Source: Macrostomum lignano
Taxonomy: Eukaryota
Assembly (NCBI GenBank): GCA_002269645.1
Contig: NIVC01000217.1
Location: 310,001 to 374,000, forward strand
Direction: 5' to 3'
DNA length: 64,000 bases
The translations under genes were made by a program, and so were the position numbers. Below the pieces are notes generated by a model that worked only from the letters and a program-made list of their open reading frames with translations, ran no database searches and was not told the origin of the DNA. Below are positions 25,765-39,049 of this stretch, in pieces. Position 1 is the first letter of the stretch; each line of letters begins with the position of its first letter.

Positions 25765-28400
25765 TTTGATGTAGCTATATGCAGCTGGGTAACTCTGTAT
25801 ATGGCAGTGATGGCCATTCTAAGGTTCAGACCCACCCAAGGGATGCGATGCGCGAAGTCCTAGAGCGTAAGGAAATTAAGCAATCGAAAAAGAGATGGTC
25901 AGAGCTGAGGCTATTGGGCAGACCCGCAGTGTCTGCGCTTTTATTTGCCGTTAAAACTCCGCCTTTTCTTTGTTGGCAAAAGACACAACAGAATTTGAAG
26001 AAATATGCGTTATCACGTACAAAGAAGCTATTGTACAGCTATTGGCAATAGTTTGCTGGGGAGCGCCTGTTTAAATGACAGTTTGGCATGATAAATAAAG
26101 GTCGCTGCCAGTAGACTGAATTGCAGCCGCTGTTCCAGACTGCATGTCATGTTGATTGCTGTTAGACTTAATGTGAGATGGTGTGCTTTTTATGTGCCTG
26201 GTGGATACCACGCGTCATGTCTCTCTAGGCTCTAGGCTGCACGGTGCACAAGATGTGCGATTTTTTATTCTGAGTCTATGGCACTGTAAACTGCTGTTTC
26301 ATTGAGATCGTTTGCCGTTATCTGACCTTCTACCTCGTTTTTCTCCTTTTTAAGGCCCTCGCGTCAGACTCACGACTGTTTTAACAAAAGCTCGTCCTAC
26401 AATTTAGGGTAAGGGTTTATCATAGAATTAAATTAGGGATAGGTTCAACAGCCAATTTGCGGCACCCCAGACGCTCTCTGGGGTAGTGGCGTGATGGGAT
26501 TCACAGAAGGAGTGTGGCCTTTGCTGCATTATTTTGGCTTTCTCGTTGCGCCAGCTTGGGTTTTTTTCCTTGCTGGCCCGTTTACTCACAACTGTAGTTG
26601 CGAAACCTCTGGCGGGCGGCTCCATTGAAACTTTGCAAACTTGCTTGTTTCATGCGGCAAGGCTTCATCTACTGCTTTGCACTCTCCACAATATAAAACA
26701 ATCGGACCGGCCCAGTCAGAGCAACTCCTCCCGTCTGTTAATTGCTTGCGCTATTCTGTTTTACTTCTGTCGGTTCCAAAGTGGACAGCTAACGGGTCAG
26801 AGTTTTTTCACACTCAGATTAGGTTACCAAGCATGCTGTACTCGCTTTCATTGCACGCAAACCTGTGCGTTCTGACGTCTCACTGAAGACAGCTGGATCA
26901 CTGCGTCCCGATGTGGTCGAGTCTGTGCTGGTTGCGTCCTGACGCATCAGATTCCGGAACCCGTTAACCCTACTCAATACTGTAGCCTACCACTATACTT
27001 TGGTCAAGGATTCAGGAATACAACACTTTTCTGTGGATAAAAGCCAAACGATTGTGGGTACAGGATGAAGTTAAAAGAAAGCTGCACTGGGGCTCTTATA
27101 AAAACTCAACTTAAGACAATTTAGGGGGAGGCGCATAGCGGGGGGCATGGGTTATTTGTGGAAAAAAGCTTCCCATTCCGATTATTGACACATGGCAATG
27201 GTTTTGAAGCTCCAATGCTGCCACTACAACCCCAACATTCCCATCAATACCCCACAGTCGATATCCAGGAGTAGCTTTAATAAAACACCTGCATTGCCAT
27301 CGTAGGTCTGCATCTAAAAGTCGCAGTGATTTCGCCAACAGTGATGGAGTGACAGATTTGTTGACTTCTTGCATCCCGCAAAAAAGCTCGTTGAAGATAC
27401 TAAAGCTCCTCCGAGGCAGTTGAGCATTGTGGACATGATTTGGAATGATGGGCAGCAATAAGGAGTTGTTCTTGAGTGGCTAAAAATCAGGTTCTTTACC
27501 CCTACCTCTTAGACGCTAAATTTGCTATGCTGCCCACTCTTGGGGTGTGTTTAGCCATATTAAATACTTTCTTCAGTCTCTTGTCACGAGACAAGATTTA
27601 GGGATACTGTTGTGAAAGGTAGTTTATCGTCTTCTGGCTCAAAAAACAGAACGATGTTCTGCGGTAGCGCAAGTTAAAATCGAGTTTCACACAGTCTTTA
27701 TATTTCCTGAATCCTCACAATATCGTATGTTGTGTTTATCATGGGGTCACCTGAACAAAAATCTAATTTACGTATTTACGCATTTACTGGTACTGGATCT
27801 GCTTAAGTTTATTTGTTCAGTTGTCCCGACACTACGAATAATTTCTATATTGCACATCATCCTACAGATATTATGAGCCACAGTCTAAGAAGCGACTTTA
27901 TTGTTATCGATAATAATCTTCACCTATATTTTTGCGTGACAAAAATCTGTAGCTGTCAATACCTTATTGATTTATTTTGTTGCTCTGTCATGTGACACAA
28001 CTTTAAGACCGCCTGATGAATCATCTTATAACTTTATAAAAAACTTCTAACGAGAAATCTTTGTCGTGACTTGCCTCGAACAGTTAAAACTTAGTGTCAG
28101 GGGCTCGAGATTTACGCAGGGATTTCCCGACATCAAGATTTGAAACGGAATCCTGTCCGAGCCCTGCTGCCTAAATTATGTAAGCGTCTGCCGATTTCAA
28201 AATGCTGCACGGGCTACTGACCGACTGCAGGCTAGTCAATAGGGTCATAAGAAGCACCCCAGCCCCATCACGCTAACGCCTTAGTACTAAACGCCATAAG
28301 GAAAGGTAAAATGTAGAAAGCTATCAAATACTCTTGCTTTTATGCTGAGTCTTTAATTATATATAAAACACAGAAGTTAATTTTTTAGACTTACTCTACC
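25765..28400. repeat. About 2.6-kb copy of element X, paralog of 13010-15700
   Basis: Collinear with 13010-15700, with an extra ~115 bp near 28150-28265. Confidence 0.85.
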
Positions 28401-28462
28401 ACCGCGTCTTACTTACTATTCCCGCGTAGCTTCTGCGTACTACTTGCAAGTTTTGCAAGTCT

Positions 28463-28745
28463 AGAGTTGTTACCTAGTAGTTAGAGCGTCGAAATCACGA
28501 CTTGAAGGTCAGGGGTTCGATTCTTGATCCACTCGAAACAATTGTGTCCTTGAGCCAGACAACTAACTCTGCACTACTACAGTTCACTCAGCTGTAGGTG
28601 CCAGCATTAGCTGGGGTAATCGAGGGTGTGTGTATGTGTGCGTGTGTGTCGACCCCCATCCTTGGACTGAACAGCCGTGCGCAGAAATTCTGCCGCTGAG
28701 CTGTCGGTCGCACATCTGGCCTGATTAAGGCAGGTTTAATTAATT
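28463..28745 (+). mobile_element. tRNA-derived SINE with CORE-like domain
   Basis: Degenerate A box, B box GGTTCGATTCT (28514-28524), then TGTGTCCTTGAGC..ACAACTAACTCTG..CAGTTCACTCAGCTGTA. Second copy at 42421-42712. Confidence 0.75.
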
Positions 28746-29007
28746 AAATTAGTGAGCTATTATGATTATTATTAATTTTGCGATTAATAAAAACTTAAGA
28801 TTGCACCAAAATTGCGAGATCTTGCTGAAAAGTTTCTTGTAAATTGGTTAATTTTTATAAGCGCCAAAATAGATACTCTTATTACGCAATACTCTTTCCT
28901 TGAAGGTACATTCACTTGAAGGTTCTCCACGCCTAGTTTGTTATGTTTATATCATTTGCAGCAAATATAAGTACCTTTAGAGCCTGTAGGGCACTTGTTG
29001 GAGCCAG

Positions 29008-32000
29008 TTTTATGATTTATTTAGAGTCCTAATTTATTTGCACCACGGTGCAGATAAATGCCGCTACCTCCTCGTGGTCAGAGCGGAGAGCCGCGCTTAA
29101 CTGCTGCGGCGGCCAAATGCGGCAGGACCAAACGAGGGCAGCGGAGCGCGCGTCGGCGAGTCGAACGCCGTCGCGAGCGAAACTGGCGAGGTCGGCAACG
29201 TGGCGCCGCCCGCCGAGCTGCTGCTGCGCTGGCCCAATTGGATTTTCCGGGTGGCGCCGGGGACCATGAGGCTCACCAGCACCAAGCCCCAGCCGTACCA
29301 GAGGGCACGCTTCGGGTCGGGACGCTGAACTGCCGCACTCTCAAGGCCACATGGCGGAGAGGGCTGCTGGCGAGGCTAGCGCTCGACCTCAGCTGTGATG
29401 TCATCGCACTACAGGAGGTGTCTATCAGAGCCGACCCCGGACTTCACTGTGAGGACCTGGGCGCCGGTTGGACACTCTGGTACACCTCAGCGGATGAGCG
29501 AGGCCGTGGAGGAGTTGGAGCGCTGATCGGACCGAGGTTGCAGCAGAGCTGTCGCTGCGTCTCCCTGTCTTCTCGGCTGCTTCGGGTCGACGTCCGGCTT
29601 CGCAGCCGGAACGCCCGCCTGTTCTGCGCGTACGCGCCGCCTGCTACCCGCTCCGATGAGGCTCAGGCCTTCTTCGAGCAACTCTCGGTGCAGGTGGAGG
29701 AGATGGCGCAACGTGACACAGTGGTCATTCTCGGAGACCTGAATGCAGTTCTGCGTAGGTCCGAGCGATCGCTGTTCGTGACAGCGCGCGAGAACGGCAA
29801 CACCGGAGCGCTAGAGGACTTCCTGGAGAGACAGGACATGGTGTCGGCCAACACCAGATTCCGCAAGTCACCGGGCAGGCTCGCGACCTTCGTGGGCTGC
29901 AAGCGGAGGCGGCGGAACGCGCGCGGCCGGAACGCTACGCGGAGGCTGGCACAACTCGACCACGTGCTTGTGCGCTTTCGTGAGCGCCGCCGCGTCACCA
30001 ACTGCCGCACCATTACGCCGCTGGCTCTGCGGTCCGACCATCGGCTGCTCATCTGCGACCTTTGGCTTCGGGACCCGCTCTACCGTCCGCCAAAGCGGCC
30101 ACCGCGGCGCTACTACCGCGCGCTCAGGGACGCCGAGACGCGACGTCGCTTTGCCGGTGCCTTTGTCACTGCGCTGGGCGACAAGCGTGGAGGAGCCGAG
30201 TACGCGGAGGTGAGCGCTGCAGTTCGAGCCGCTGCGGAGCAAGCAGTCCCGCTGATGCTACCGGCCCAGCGCGGGCAGCCGGTCTGGCAGGACGACCCCA
30301 CGATCGACGAAGCGAGGGAAGATCTGGGAGGCTCCGTCTGAGTGGGCGGCAAACTCGCGAGGCGGAGGAGGCTCTGGCGGCTGTCTACCTGCAGCGGCAG
30401 CAGTCCGCTGTCGATGACGCCATCCAAGCCGTCTCTGCCGCAGGGCCCGATGCCAGAGGGCGCGTGGCCTGGTCCGTCATCAACACTCTGACGGGGCGAA
30501 AGCGGCGCATCGCGCTCAACCTGGCAGGCGACACTCCGGATGAGCGCAGGAACGAGCTGCGCGAGTTCTTCGCCGCCATTGTCAACGCGCCGCCCCCTCC
30601 GCTTCCAGAAAATCTGAGGCTGCCGCCGGAGACGCCGTTGCCGGCGGAGGAGAGCTTCAACGTTGCCCCAGTCAGCACAGCCGACGTTGTGAAGTTCGCT
30701 CGGCAGTCGCCGGGCGGCAAAGCGCTTGGTCCGGACGAGGTGCCCACCGAGGCGCTGCGGATCCACTGCGTGGCCACTGAGGTCGCCAGAGTGATGAACC
30801 GCGTGCTTTCTGGTGAGGTGGCGCCAAACGAATGGACCACGGCGCACATCGTCGCCATTCCAAAGAAGCCGAGCACCACCAAGCTCGAGGAGCATCGAGG
30901 CATCTGCCTACAGTCCTGCGCCGCGAAGCTGTTCAACCGCATGCTGCTATCGCGGTTACAGCCTGTGCTGGACCCGTACCTGCGGCCTGAGCAGAACAGA
31001 TTCCGGCCCCATCGCGGCACAGTGACGCAGATCCTGACTCTTCGGCGAGTCATCGAGGAGGCGCGCATCCGCCAGTTGACCCTGATCCTAATCTTCGTCG
31101 ATTTCAGGAAGGCCTTCGACTCGGTCGTGAGGGACGCGCTCCCAGAGGTGCTCCGTGCGTACAACGTGCCAGAGCTGCTGATTTCTGCTGTCATGGCGCT
31201 GTACCACGGCACGACGGCTGCTGTCTCAACACCGGACGGCCAATCGGATTTCTTCGAGACATCCTCCGGGGTGCTCCAGGGAGATACGCTAGCGCCGTTC
31301 CTATTTATTCTGGTGCTTGACTGGGTGCTACGGACTGCTCTGCCTTCCAACGACGACGGCTTCCTGCTTCGGCGACGCGTGGGTCGACGCCAACCGGAGA
31401 GACGGCTCAGCGTGCTTGGCTATGCCCATGACCTCGCCCTGCTGTCCTCGACCGTCGAGGGCGCCCAACGACAGCTGGATAGGCTGGTTGCCGTTGCGGC
31501 GAGCGTCGGCCTGGTGGTCAACACGCAGAAGACCGTCGTGCTATGCGTGCCGGACGACACCGAGGCTGCAATCTTCTGCCGAGGCGCTGACGGACAGGCG
31601 AGTGAGCTTCCAAGATGTCAGCAGTTCGTCTACCTCGGCGGTCTGGTTCCCGACGTCCGCGAGGATCTGCGGCGTCGCCGAGGACTTGCCTGGGCTGCCT
31701 TTCGTTCTATAAGGTCAGTCCTGCAGTCTGAGGCCCTACCGGACCGCCAGAGGGCGGCGCTGTTCCAGGCGGTGATCGAGACCGTCCTGTTATACAACGC
31801 CGAGACCTGGACGCTGACAGACTCGCTCGAGGCTCAAGTCGACGCGGCGCACGCTGGCCTGCTGCGCGCCGCCTTCAAGATCGGCAACGAGCGAGTTACC
31901 AACACGGCGCTCTATCATCGCGCCGGCCTGGCCCGTCCTAGCGATCTGCTGCGCCGTCGGCGACTCCAGCTGACAGGCCACGTCATCCGCGCCGAGGCCT

Positions 32001-32219
32001 ACTGCCCGGAGCCGTTGCAGGAGGTGCTGCTACTTACGTTGCAGGCACCCTACCGGCGGGGACAGGCGAGGACTCGGCGCTACGTCGACTGTCTGCTGGC
32101 TGACGCCGGCGCCCCGGACTCTGCCGGCGGTGCGGCCTTTGTTCGCGCCCAAGCTTCGAAGCGAGCCATCTGACGCTGCTTTTGCGAACTGGCAGCGTAC
32201 TCTGTTGTTGTTGTTGTTG
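29008..32219 (+). mobile_element. Full-length RTE-clade-like LINE (APE + RT), inactivated
   Basis: APE motifs GTLN, ALQEV, GDLNA, LDH and SDH; RT motifs QGDTLAPFLF and YAHD (31421-31432, instead of YADD). 1-nt frameshift near 30327, (GTT)n tail, 13-bp TSD TTGTTGGAGCCAG (28995-29007 and 32220-32232). Confidence 0.92.
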
Positions 32220-33062
32220 TTGTTGGAGCCAGAAACTGCGTTTTAGAGAGCCGCGCACTTGTTTTGTATAATGTAATAACGTTACCTACCGCTTAGCGAC
32301 CATACTGTTCGAATTATTTTTAGAGGTAGGGGCCTGTGTGTTACCCTGTCGCACAACCGGCGAGAGGCATTGCTGCCCATTCCGCCGAGTCCCCTGAGCA
32401 GGCACACAAGCGCGCGGATACTTACGCAGTCATACGCACAGGCACACACTCACACAGGAGTGTACAGCGGCCCTAACTTTATTTATCGTTAGGCATGTAC
32501 ACTTCACTGTGTCTGGGGTTTAGCCTTCTATGTTAATTGCATGAGCATGGCCAAGCCGAGATTCCAATTCAGCCCCCAAATTAATGTGACTGCACTTGAA
32601 ATCGAGCCTGGGCCGCTGGCACATCAGAGCGCCGCGCTAGACCACAAATATATCGGTATTGTCCAACACTATGGCCCTCTAGTGTTGGACCATGCATTGA
32701 GGGTACCGTTCGCATCGGCGGGAGAGCACATAGGAAAATAAGAATGCCAGAGTGCATAGTCAATTTAAAAAAGTATGTACAGGACAGGTGTTGGACAGGA
32801 CTTAACCCGCTAATTAAAAAGCTCAAGTAGTTTGTTTGTTTGCCGATAGTTTGCCATTTATTTTGCAACTTCAGTGTCAGGACTCGAGACCTCGAACTTT
32901 ATTTCGAATACAAAAAATTATAATAAAAACGTGATGTTGGTAACAAGCCGTACAGTTTTTAACGCACTCACTTTCAGTTCAGAGAATATCGGAGTTGTTA
33001 CTCAAAGTTTAAAAATCCTCATAAATAGCCAGAGGTCGTCCAAAAAGTCATCGCGTTGTTTC

Positions 33063-33817
33063 TCAGCCACGCTGGTAGAGAGTCCAGTCGGGTCCTGTCA
33101 GGTTGAATGGCGGGTAGGCGAACGCCAGCAGGTGGCAGGCGAGCAGCCGCTTGGAGAAGACGGCGGCCTGGCAGTCGGCGCTGGCGCTGCACTGGCAAGG
33201 CACTGCATGGCAGATGGGGCAGCGGCCGGCCAGAACGAGGTCTTGTTGTTCACTATAATGAGAGTGGAATGCTTCGACATCGTGTAGACATTTTTGTCTG
33301 AAATGGAAATTTTAAGCATTTTTTGTAAAACTATTTGCCGAGTTGGTCTACTCGTATTACATTTGTCCCGATTTAAGGCAAAATTACTTTTTTCGGTTTT
33401 TTCAACTTTAATCGGGTCGGCCAAAGCAAAAACGGAGTTGGTGCCAAAGCCTCCGCAAGGTTGCAGAGAGTTTCCAGCGCACTTCCTTCTGCACCTGCTC
33501 TCGCCAAGTTTCCCATGCGATCCATAGCTTGTGCCGCAGAAGCACTGCTTGCTGAACTGAACTCCGAAGTAGGGGAAGCCGCCCAGAGAGCAAACGTCGC
33601 TGCAGAATTCGAGCGACATGTCATCGTTATTTATTATGCCGATATTGGGATCGATGCTGTAAGGCCCCAGATTTTTCAATCCTTTCAGCGCGGTCAAGTC
33701 TCTGTTGGAGTTGTCACCGTCTTGGTAGCATCCGACGTACGAGATTTGAGCAACCCTGCCTGCAGCACAGGTCAGTAGAGCGCACAGCAACAGTGACTGA
33801 AACATGCATATGCTCAT
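33063..33817 (-). pseudogene. WSC-PAN copy 5, disrupted
   Basis: Exon 1 33817-33412 is intact. The donor is mutated to TT, so the 114-nt intron reads through in frame. A 1-nt deletion near 33192 frameshifts the PAN exon; the new stop is at 33098. Confidence 0.85.
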
Positions 33818-34627
33818 TGAGAAGCACTAGTGGCTTTAATTTTGAAGCAAGTATTTTAATGCATCTCAGTGCGTGCGTCACACTTTTATAGCTTCTTGAG
33901 TACTGGCAGCATTAATGAACAGCTTTCTATCCAATCAGTTTTGAGCTAGAATTTGCTAGTAGTTTGAAAGATGGAAACTATAGATGAGGGCAGATGAGCG
34001 TAAAGTAAAAACCTCTAAAGTTCCAAAGTCTATTCAGACTGCTGCTGCTTCGGCTTTGGTCTTTAGATGGGATTGAGAAGTGCTTTTAGATAATGTAGAG
34101 CGAACTAGCAACTAATTGTTACAATATTCGGGACTTCATTAAATAATAAAAACGATAAATTAAACGTCAGAGGGAATGTAAACTTGAGAGTCAAATGGAG
34201 CCTGAAGCATTGGGTCCCGATTTCTCCACGCCAATCCCTTCTTTCAAGCCAACTAGCTCCCGTTATGCCGAAAACTCGACTACTTTAGTATTTGGGGATA
34301 TCTATGGGGAGAAATGGGATAAATAGCGATTTAATGTGATCGGAAACCTTCCTGTGTTATTTTGAGTTTAATACGTTTTCATTGTGTTTTTTCCAAAACC
34401 CTCTAGTATACAGCCATTTATGAAACATTGTGCTAAAATGGCGTTAGTTACATGAGAATGATTCAGGGCATGCAAGTTTAGGAGTTACTGAAGAATGGTG
34501 AACGCTTTGAGCTGTGGTTTTACGCATATCAAAGTCTCAAATGTCTTGAGGACTTCTTTTAGTGCATTTTTTTGTCAAGAAGGTAGTCCTCCGTCTTGAA
34601 ACGTTTGGTTAACCTCCACTTCGTTGA

Positions 34628-34957
<330 letters not shown>

Positions 34958-35489
34958 GATTAAATAGAGAATAAAACTTGAGCTCTGAAGCTCACAAATT
35001 TGATAACGAACGTATGAAAAATAGATATAAAAATAGACTCGCGACTAGACTTAAAACACGTACCCTACACGACACGCTTAAAGTTTTAAAAGAATGCACA
35101 CTCATGAGAGAGTAAGTCACAGGCTCAATGAAAAATTAGTCAGTCAATAAATAAAAATGATTAGGCCAAAGTGGTAGATACTCTGAAGTGAATTTTTTGT
35201 TTTGTTCCTTCGCGATTCAAGTATATTTGTAATCAAAAATGTCGCACGCAGGTACTCTTAGCCTTAAGCTAGGCCTTGGCTTAAAAATGATCGCTTTCTA
35301 AAAACTAGGTCAACAAAAATATGAAAAATTATATTGGTAAACTTTGTCTGCATTTAATTATATAGAAAAGTCAAGAAATAGCTAGTAATATGCATTTAAT
35401 ATGGAACTATATCTAGGATGATGGCTTGAGAGTGCGTAAATGCAAAATTTTTATTACAAATATACTTGATTCATGGGGGATCAAAACAA

Positions 35490-38370
35490 ATTTAAACTGT
35501 GAGCAGGAATCAATTTAATGGAAGTGGGTCTTGTACGCTTGTGATATTGCTTGTACAATTTTGTGACATGTTGAGTTGTTCTGCTGTTTCAAGTCATCTC
35601 TCTAATTATAAGATGACCTGGCGGAGACGTGAATGCTGTCATTTCTTATGCAGTCCGATAAAAAAGCAAGTTTTGATAGATTCAGAGCCGCTATGCACAT
35701 TTCAGGCATTTCATTGCGGGTCGGGAAAATTTGCTGCATACAATCTTAAATGAGCTGTGTGGCCTGTCACATCCCAGTCAGAATTGCCTCTAAGCATAAT
35801 TTTTTTTAATCTGAGAATCGGAAAAGCAGGTGTTAATTTTTTGATAATTTATAATTAATGGAAAATAACCGCTGCTCCAAGAGGCATGGAAAGAAGAAGC
35901 TTAAGCAGAGCCTTGTCTAGAATTTGATTTGGACAACTGGGATGGAGTCTCAAGTTATTGATGTTGGCTCTGCTTTTCACCTGAAACATAATGAGCATCA
36001 GGCATTTAATAGCACAGTGTCTGCCTTGACAGTCAACAGATCCCTTTTTTGCATGCAATTTACGAGGATTTATGCCTGGCATGGCCACTTTTGAGCCACA
36101 ATAGGCGGATAAAACCCCTAGCAGTGTCGCTTCAACGAAATTCCGGCTAATCGGGGTGAAGATGCATTGTTAGCTTTAGATAAGAATCCTTAATTTTGCT
36201 GGATATGCATTGGAGTACCGCCACAGGTGCGTCTTCTCAGTGAGTTTTTTTATTTTAATGACTATTTGCTCAGCAAAAAACGGGGAATGCATTAAGTTGT
36301 GAATCTAACGAGTGCAACACATGCACAGATATGCACTTCGCTCATTCAATGGAAATCAAAGGCGTAGTTAGCAAGAGTAGTCCTTATTCAGAAGCTATTG
36401 TTTTTACAGAACAGATGAATTCGATATTGGCGAAAGCAATTGGAAAAGTTGGTTTTATAAGCAAATAGCTGCGTGAAAACTTGCTTACTTTATCCACAAT
36501 AACTGAAAAATCCACAATTTACCCAGTCTGAGCAATGTCAGACGCTCTTAATTAATACCACTCTTTGAATTACAACTTTAAACTTTCACGCGAAAGTGTT
36601 GGCCTCTCCACGCGACCACAAATGTCCTACTAAGCGATGCAAGTGTTCAGCTTCCATATTTATTGGCGATCGGCTACCCGAAACTACCAGTCGTGTACGA
36701 CGTTGAGTCGGTTGAGCCGGCAGCTGAGGACAGCTGCACCAGTGCGTCCAGTGGCATGTCAAGTCTGATGCGTCTTGGCGCATCAGATTTTGGAATCGGG
36801 AACTCGGGAGCACTGCGTCGAGGCGCAGATCAGCAAGGACCCGCGCACTCGGTTGCCGTGTATACCCTATACTGCACCGCGGTAGATTCAAGGATACAAC
36901 AAACTTTTCTGAGGATTAAAACCGCAACGAAGCTGAAGGACGGCTGGAGCTCAGAAAAGCCGGACTTGCGATGGAAATTAAAATCCAATCAAAATGAGAA
37001 TAAAACCAGAGGGCAGAAGCACGGCAAGGTTATTTGTGCCAACAAGCTGCCCAGTCGGATGAAGCACAAACCGTCCATGGTTTAAAGGCTCAAAAGCTAC
37101 AACTTCAACACAAGAGCTTTAATTTACCCTAACATTCCTGCAATACAGTGGATATGCAGTAGAATGTAGGCAGATGAATAAATCAGTAAAGCATTGCATG
37201 ATTTCGAATGAACAGCAGCAATACGAAGTCGTGCTCGAGTAGCTCGAAATCATTTTCTACACTCTAACTCTGAGTTGAGTTTCAACCATTTTTTTATCCT
37301 GAATACTGATCGCCGGAGCAGTCTCCGGGCTTTGGGATGGGCTCACCTAGATAATAACCGCTGGGTTTAACATGTATCCAAATATGCACTGTACTAACTC
37401 TATTAAAGGTTAATAATTCAGTTCTACTTTGTCGAACAGATGTTAAGAGCCACCGGCTAAAAAGCAATGCATAATTGCCTCTTGCAATTTTTACTAGTGA
37501 AAAATATTGAAATTTCAATAATATAACGATTTATTTTTCCGATCGGTTGCCTCGACAGTCGCAATATTGATGTCAGTTATACATCTCGCATATTTGCATA
37601 TTCAGCTAGCAGGGTAAATCGTATTCGAACCCCATGACAGAAGAAGCGCGTGCAATTTTTTGTGTATTGTGCATTCTACACAATTCTGAGACCGCAAGAT
37701 GATATCTTATGCCAAAAGTAAAAGACCCGCCAAAAGTCACTACAAAGAAGTTCTACTTCATTCTACGAGTACAGATGTTTTATGAGCCACAGGCTAAGGG
37801 GCAATTATTATTGTCTATAATAGTTTTCTAGAGGTCCTTGGATGTTTCTTTGTAGAATTCTTTGTTGTATCCGTAGCTACAGTAACACTCTAAATTTTTC
37901 AAAACATCTGATTAAAATATTAAAAAGTCAAAAAGATTTCTGACATGTTTTCAGAGTTAAGATTGTTTTTTTAAAGTTCCTTGCCGATACTCGTAGTATA
38001 CTCGTATAATCCTGAATGCATCTGGTTATTTTTGTTGCTTCTACAGATCGTTATCGTCATCGTTGTAAAATATGCATGCTGTCCAGCAGTTTATTTTATA
38101 TTTCTAGCTTCAATGCTTAATAATGCTTTGATAACGTTATGCTAATTACGTTGATGAATTGAGAAAGTTGCTCCTATTGTGGTTTTTTTGATTCTGAATA
38201 ATAATATTGTTGCTATTTAGATGTGAATTTATTATAGAGTAAATTAGTACCTAATTGTTACAATACTCAGGGCTTCAGTAAAGTTAAAAACTATGAATAA
38301 ACTTCAAATTTAAGCGTCTAAAATTTCAAATTTAAAAACGTTTAATTTAAAAAATTTAAAGACTTTCAAC
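35490..38370. repeat. Paralogous array unit lacking the WSC-PAN gene
   Basis: Element X block, then gene 3'-flank homology (matches 50499-50591), joined near 38000 to upstream-flank homology (matches 42018-42300). Confidence 0.7.
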
Positions 38371-38689
38371 AATGTTTTCTTTAAAGTCAGAAACCACTGA
38401 CTGCAGAAACGTCAGGGCTTGGAATTTAATGGACAATTTACTAAAGACGTGTGGCTAAGATGGTTTTTGATTTTCTTTATCGATATATAGCGACAATTCA
38501 CAACGATGCCTCCTGTATGATTCAACACTTTAAATCTACAGCAGCTTCCGTTTTTGCTTGACGGTAAGTCGTCATTATCTTGAAACGAGCTTCTTGAAAC
38601 GAGATTGGAAGTACGACCCTGACAACCGAGTGGAATGCCTTCTAGAAACATGAAGATAACAATCAGAATGGAATGGCATCGAGGCCACC

Positions 38690-38900
38690 TCAATGACGCA
38701 GCATATCGAGACAGGATTTCCGCCACTGTGTCTGCTTGGTCTACTTGGATTTGAATCTGGTCTGCTCACGTCGAGGTCCAGCTCGGGCTGCAACTGAGCT
38801 AAAAGCAGTTATCCATTTTAACCCCGTCACAGCGCAAGACTACGATCTAAAACTCGTGTGTCTGATGCTCTTCAAGCCTTGTGCCTGCTTAGGTCGACTG
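38690..38900 (+). mobile_element. Possible hAT transposase C-terminal dimerisation remnant
   Basis: HIETGFPPLCLL, PARAATE and RLRSKTRVSDALQAL occur in successive frames, resembling FP.L..LA...PASSA.SER..R.RL. Confidence 0.35.
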
Positions 38901-39049
38901 CGGCGTGGTCCATTTGTTGAGTGCCTCTTCACTGATGATTCCGTGTTTTTTTTACTCTTTAGGATGCACAATGCCTAAGCGGACGCCTTAGTTTTGTTCA
39001 GTTCAGTTCAGTTCAGTCCAAAAGATCTTTATGGCTACCCTATTTAAAT

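Noticed and set aside
27990-28040. Hammerhead ribozyme core (CTGATGA); similar motifs near 14450 and 16235
   Set aside because: No properly placed GAAA with stems I-III.
28463-28530. tRNA gene from A/B boxes (also 42650-42712)
   Set aside because: No complete cloverleaf, and both continue into a shared SINE body.
29097-32258. Many alternative-frame and antisense ORFs over the LINE
   Set aside because: GC-rich shadow ORFs of the APE-RT coding sequence.
32590-32650. Minus-strand A/B-box-like SINE head
   Set aside because: Boxes are degenerate and no second copy in the window defines it.
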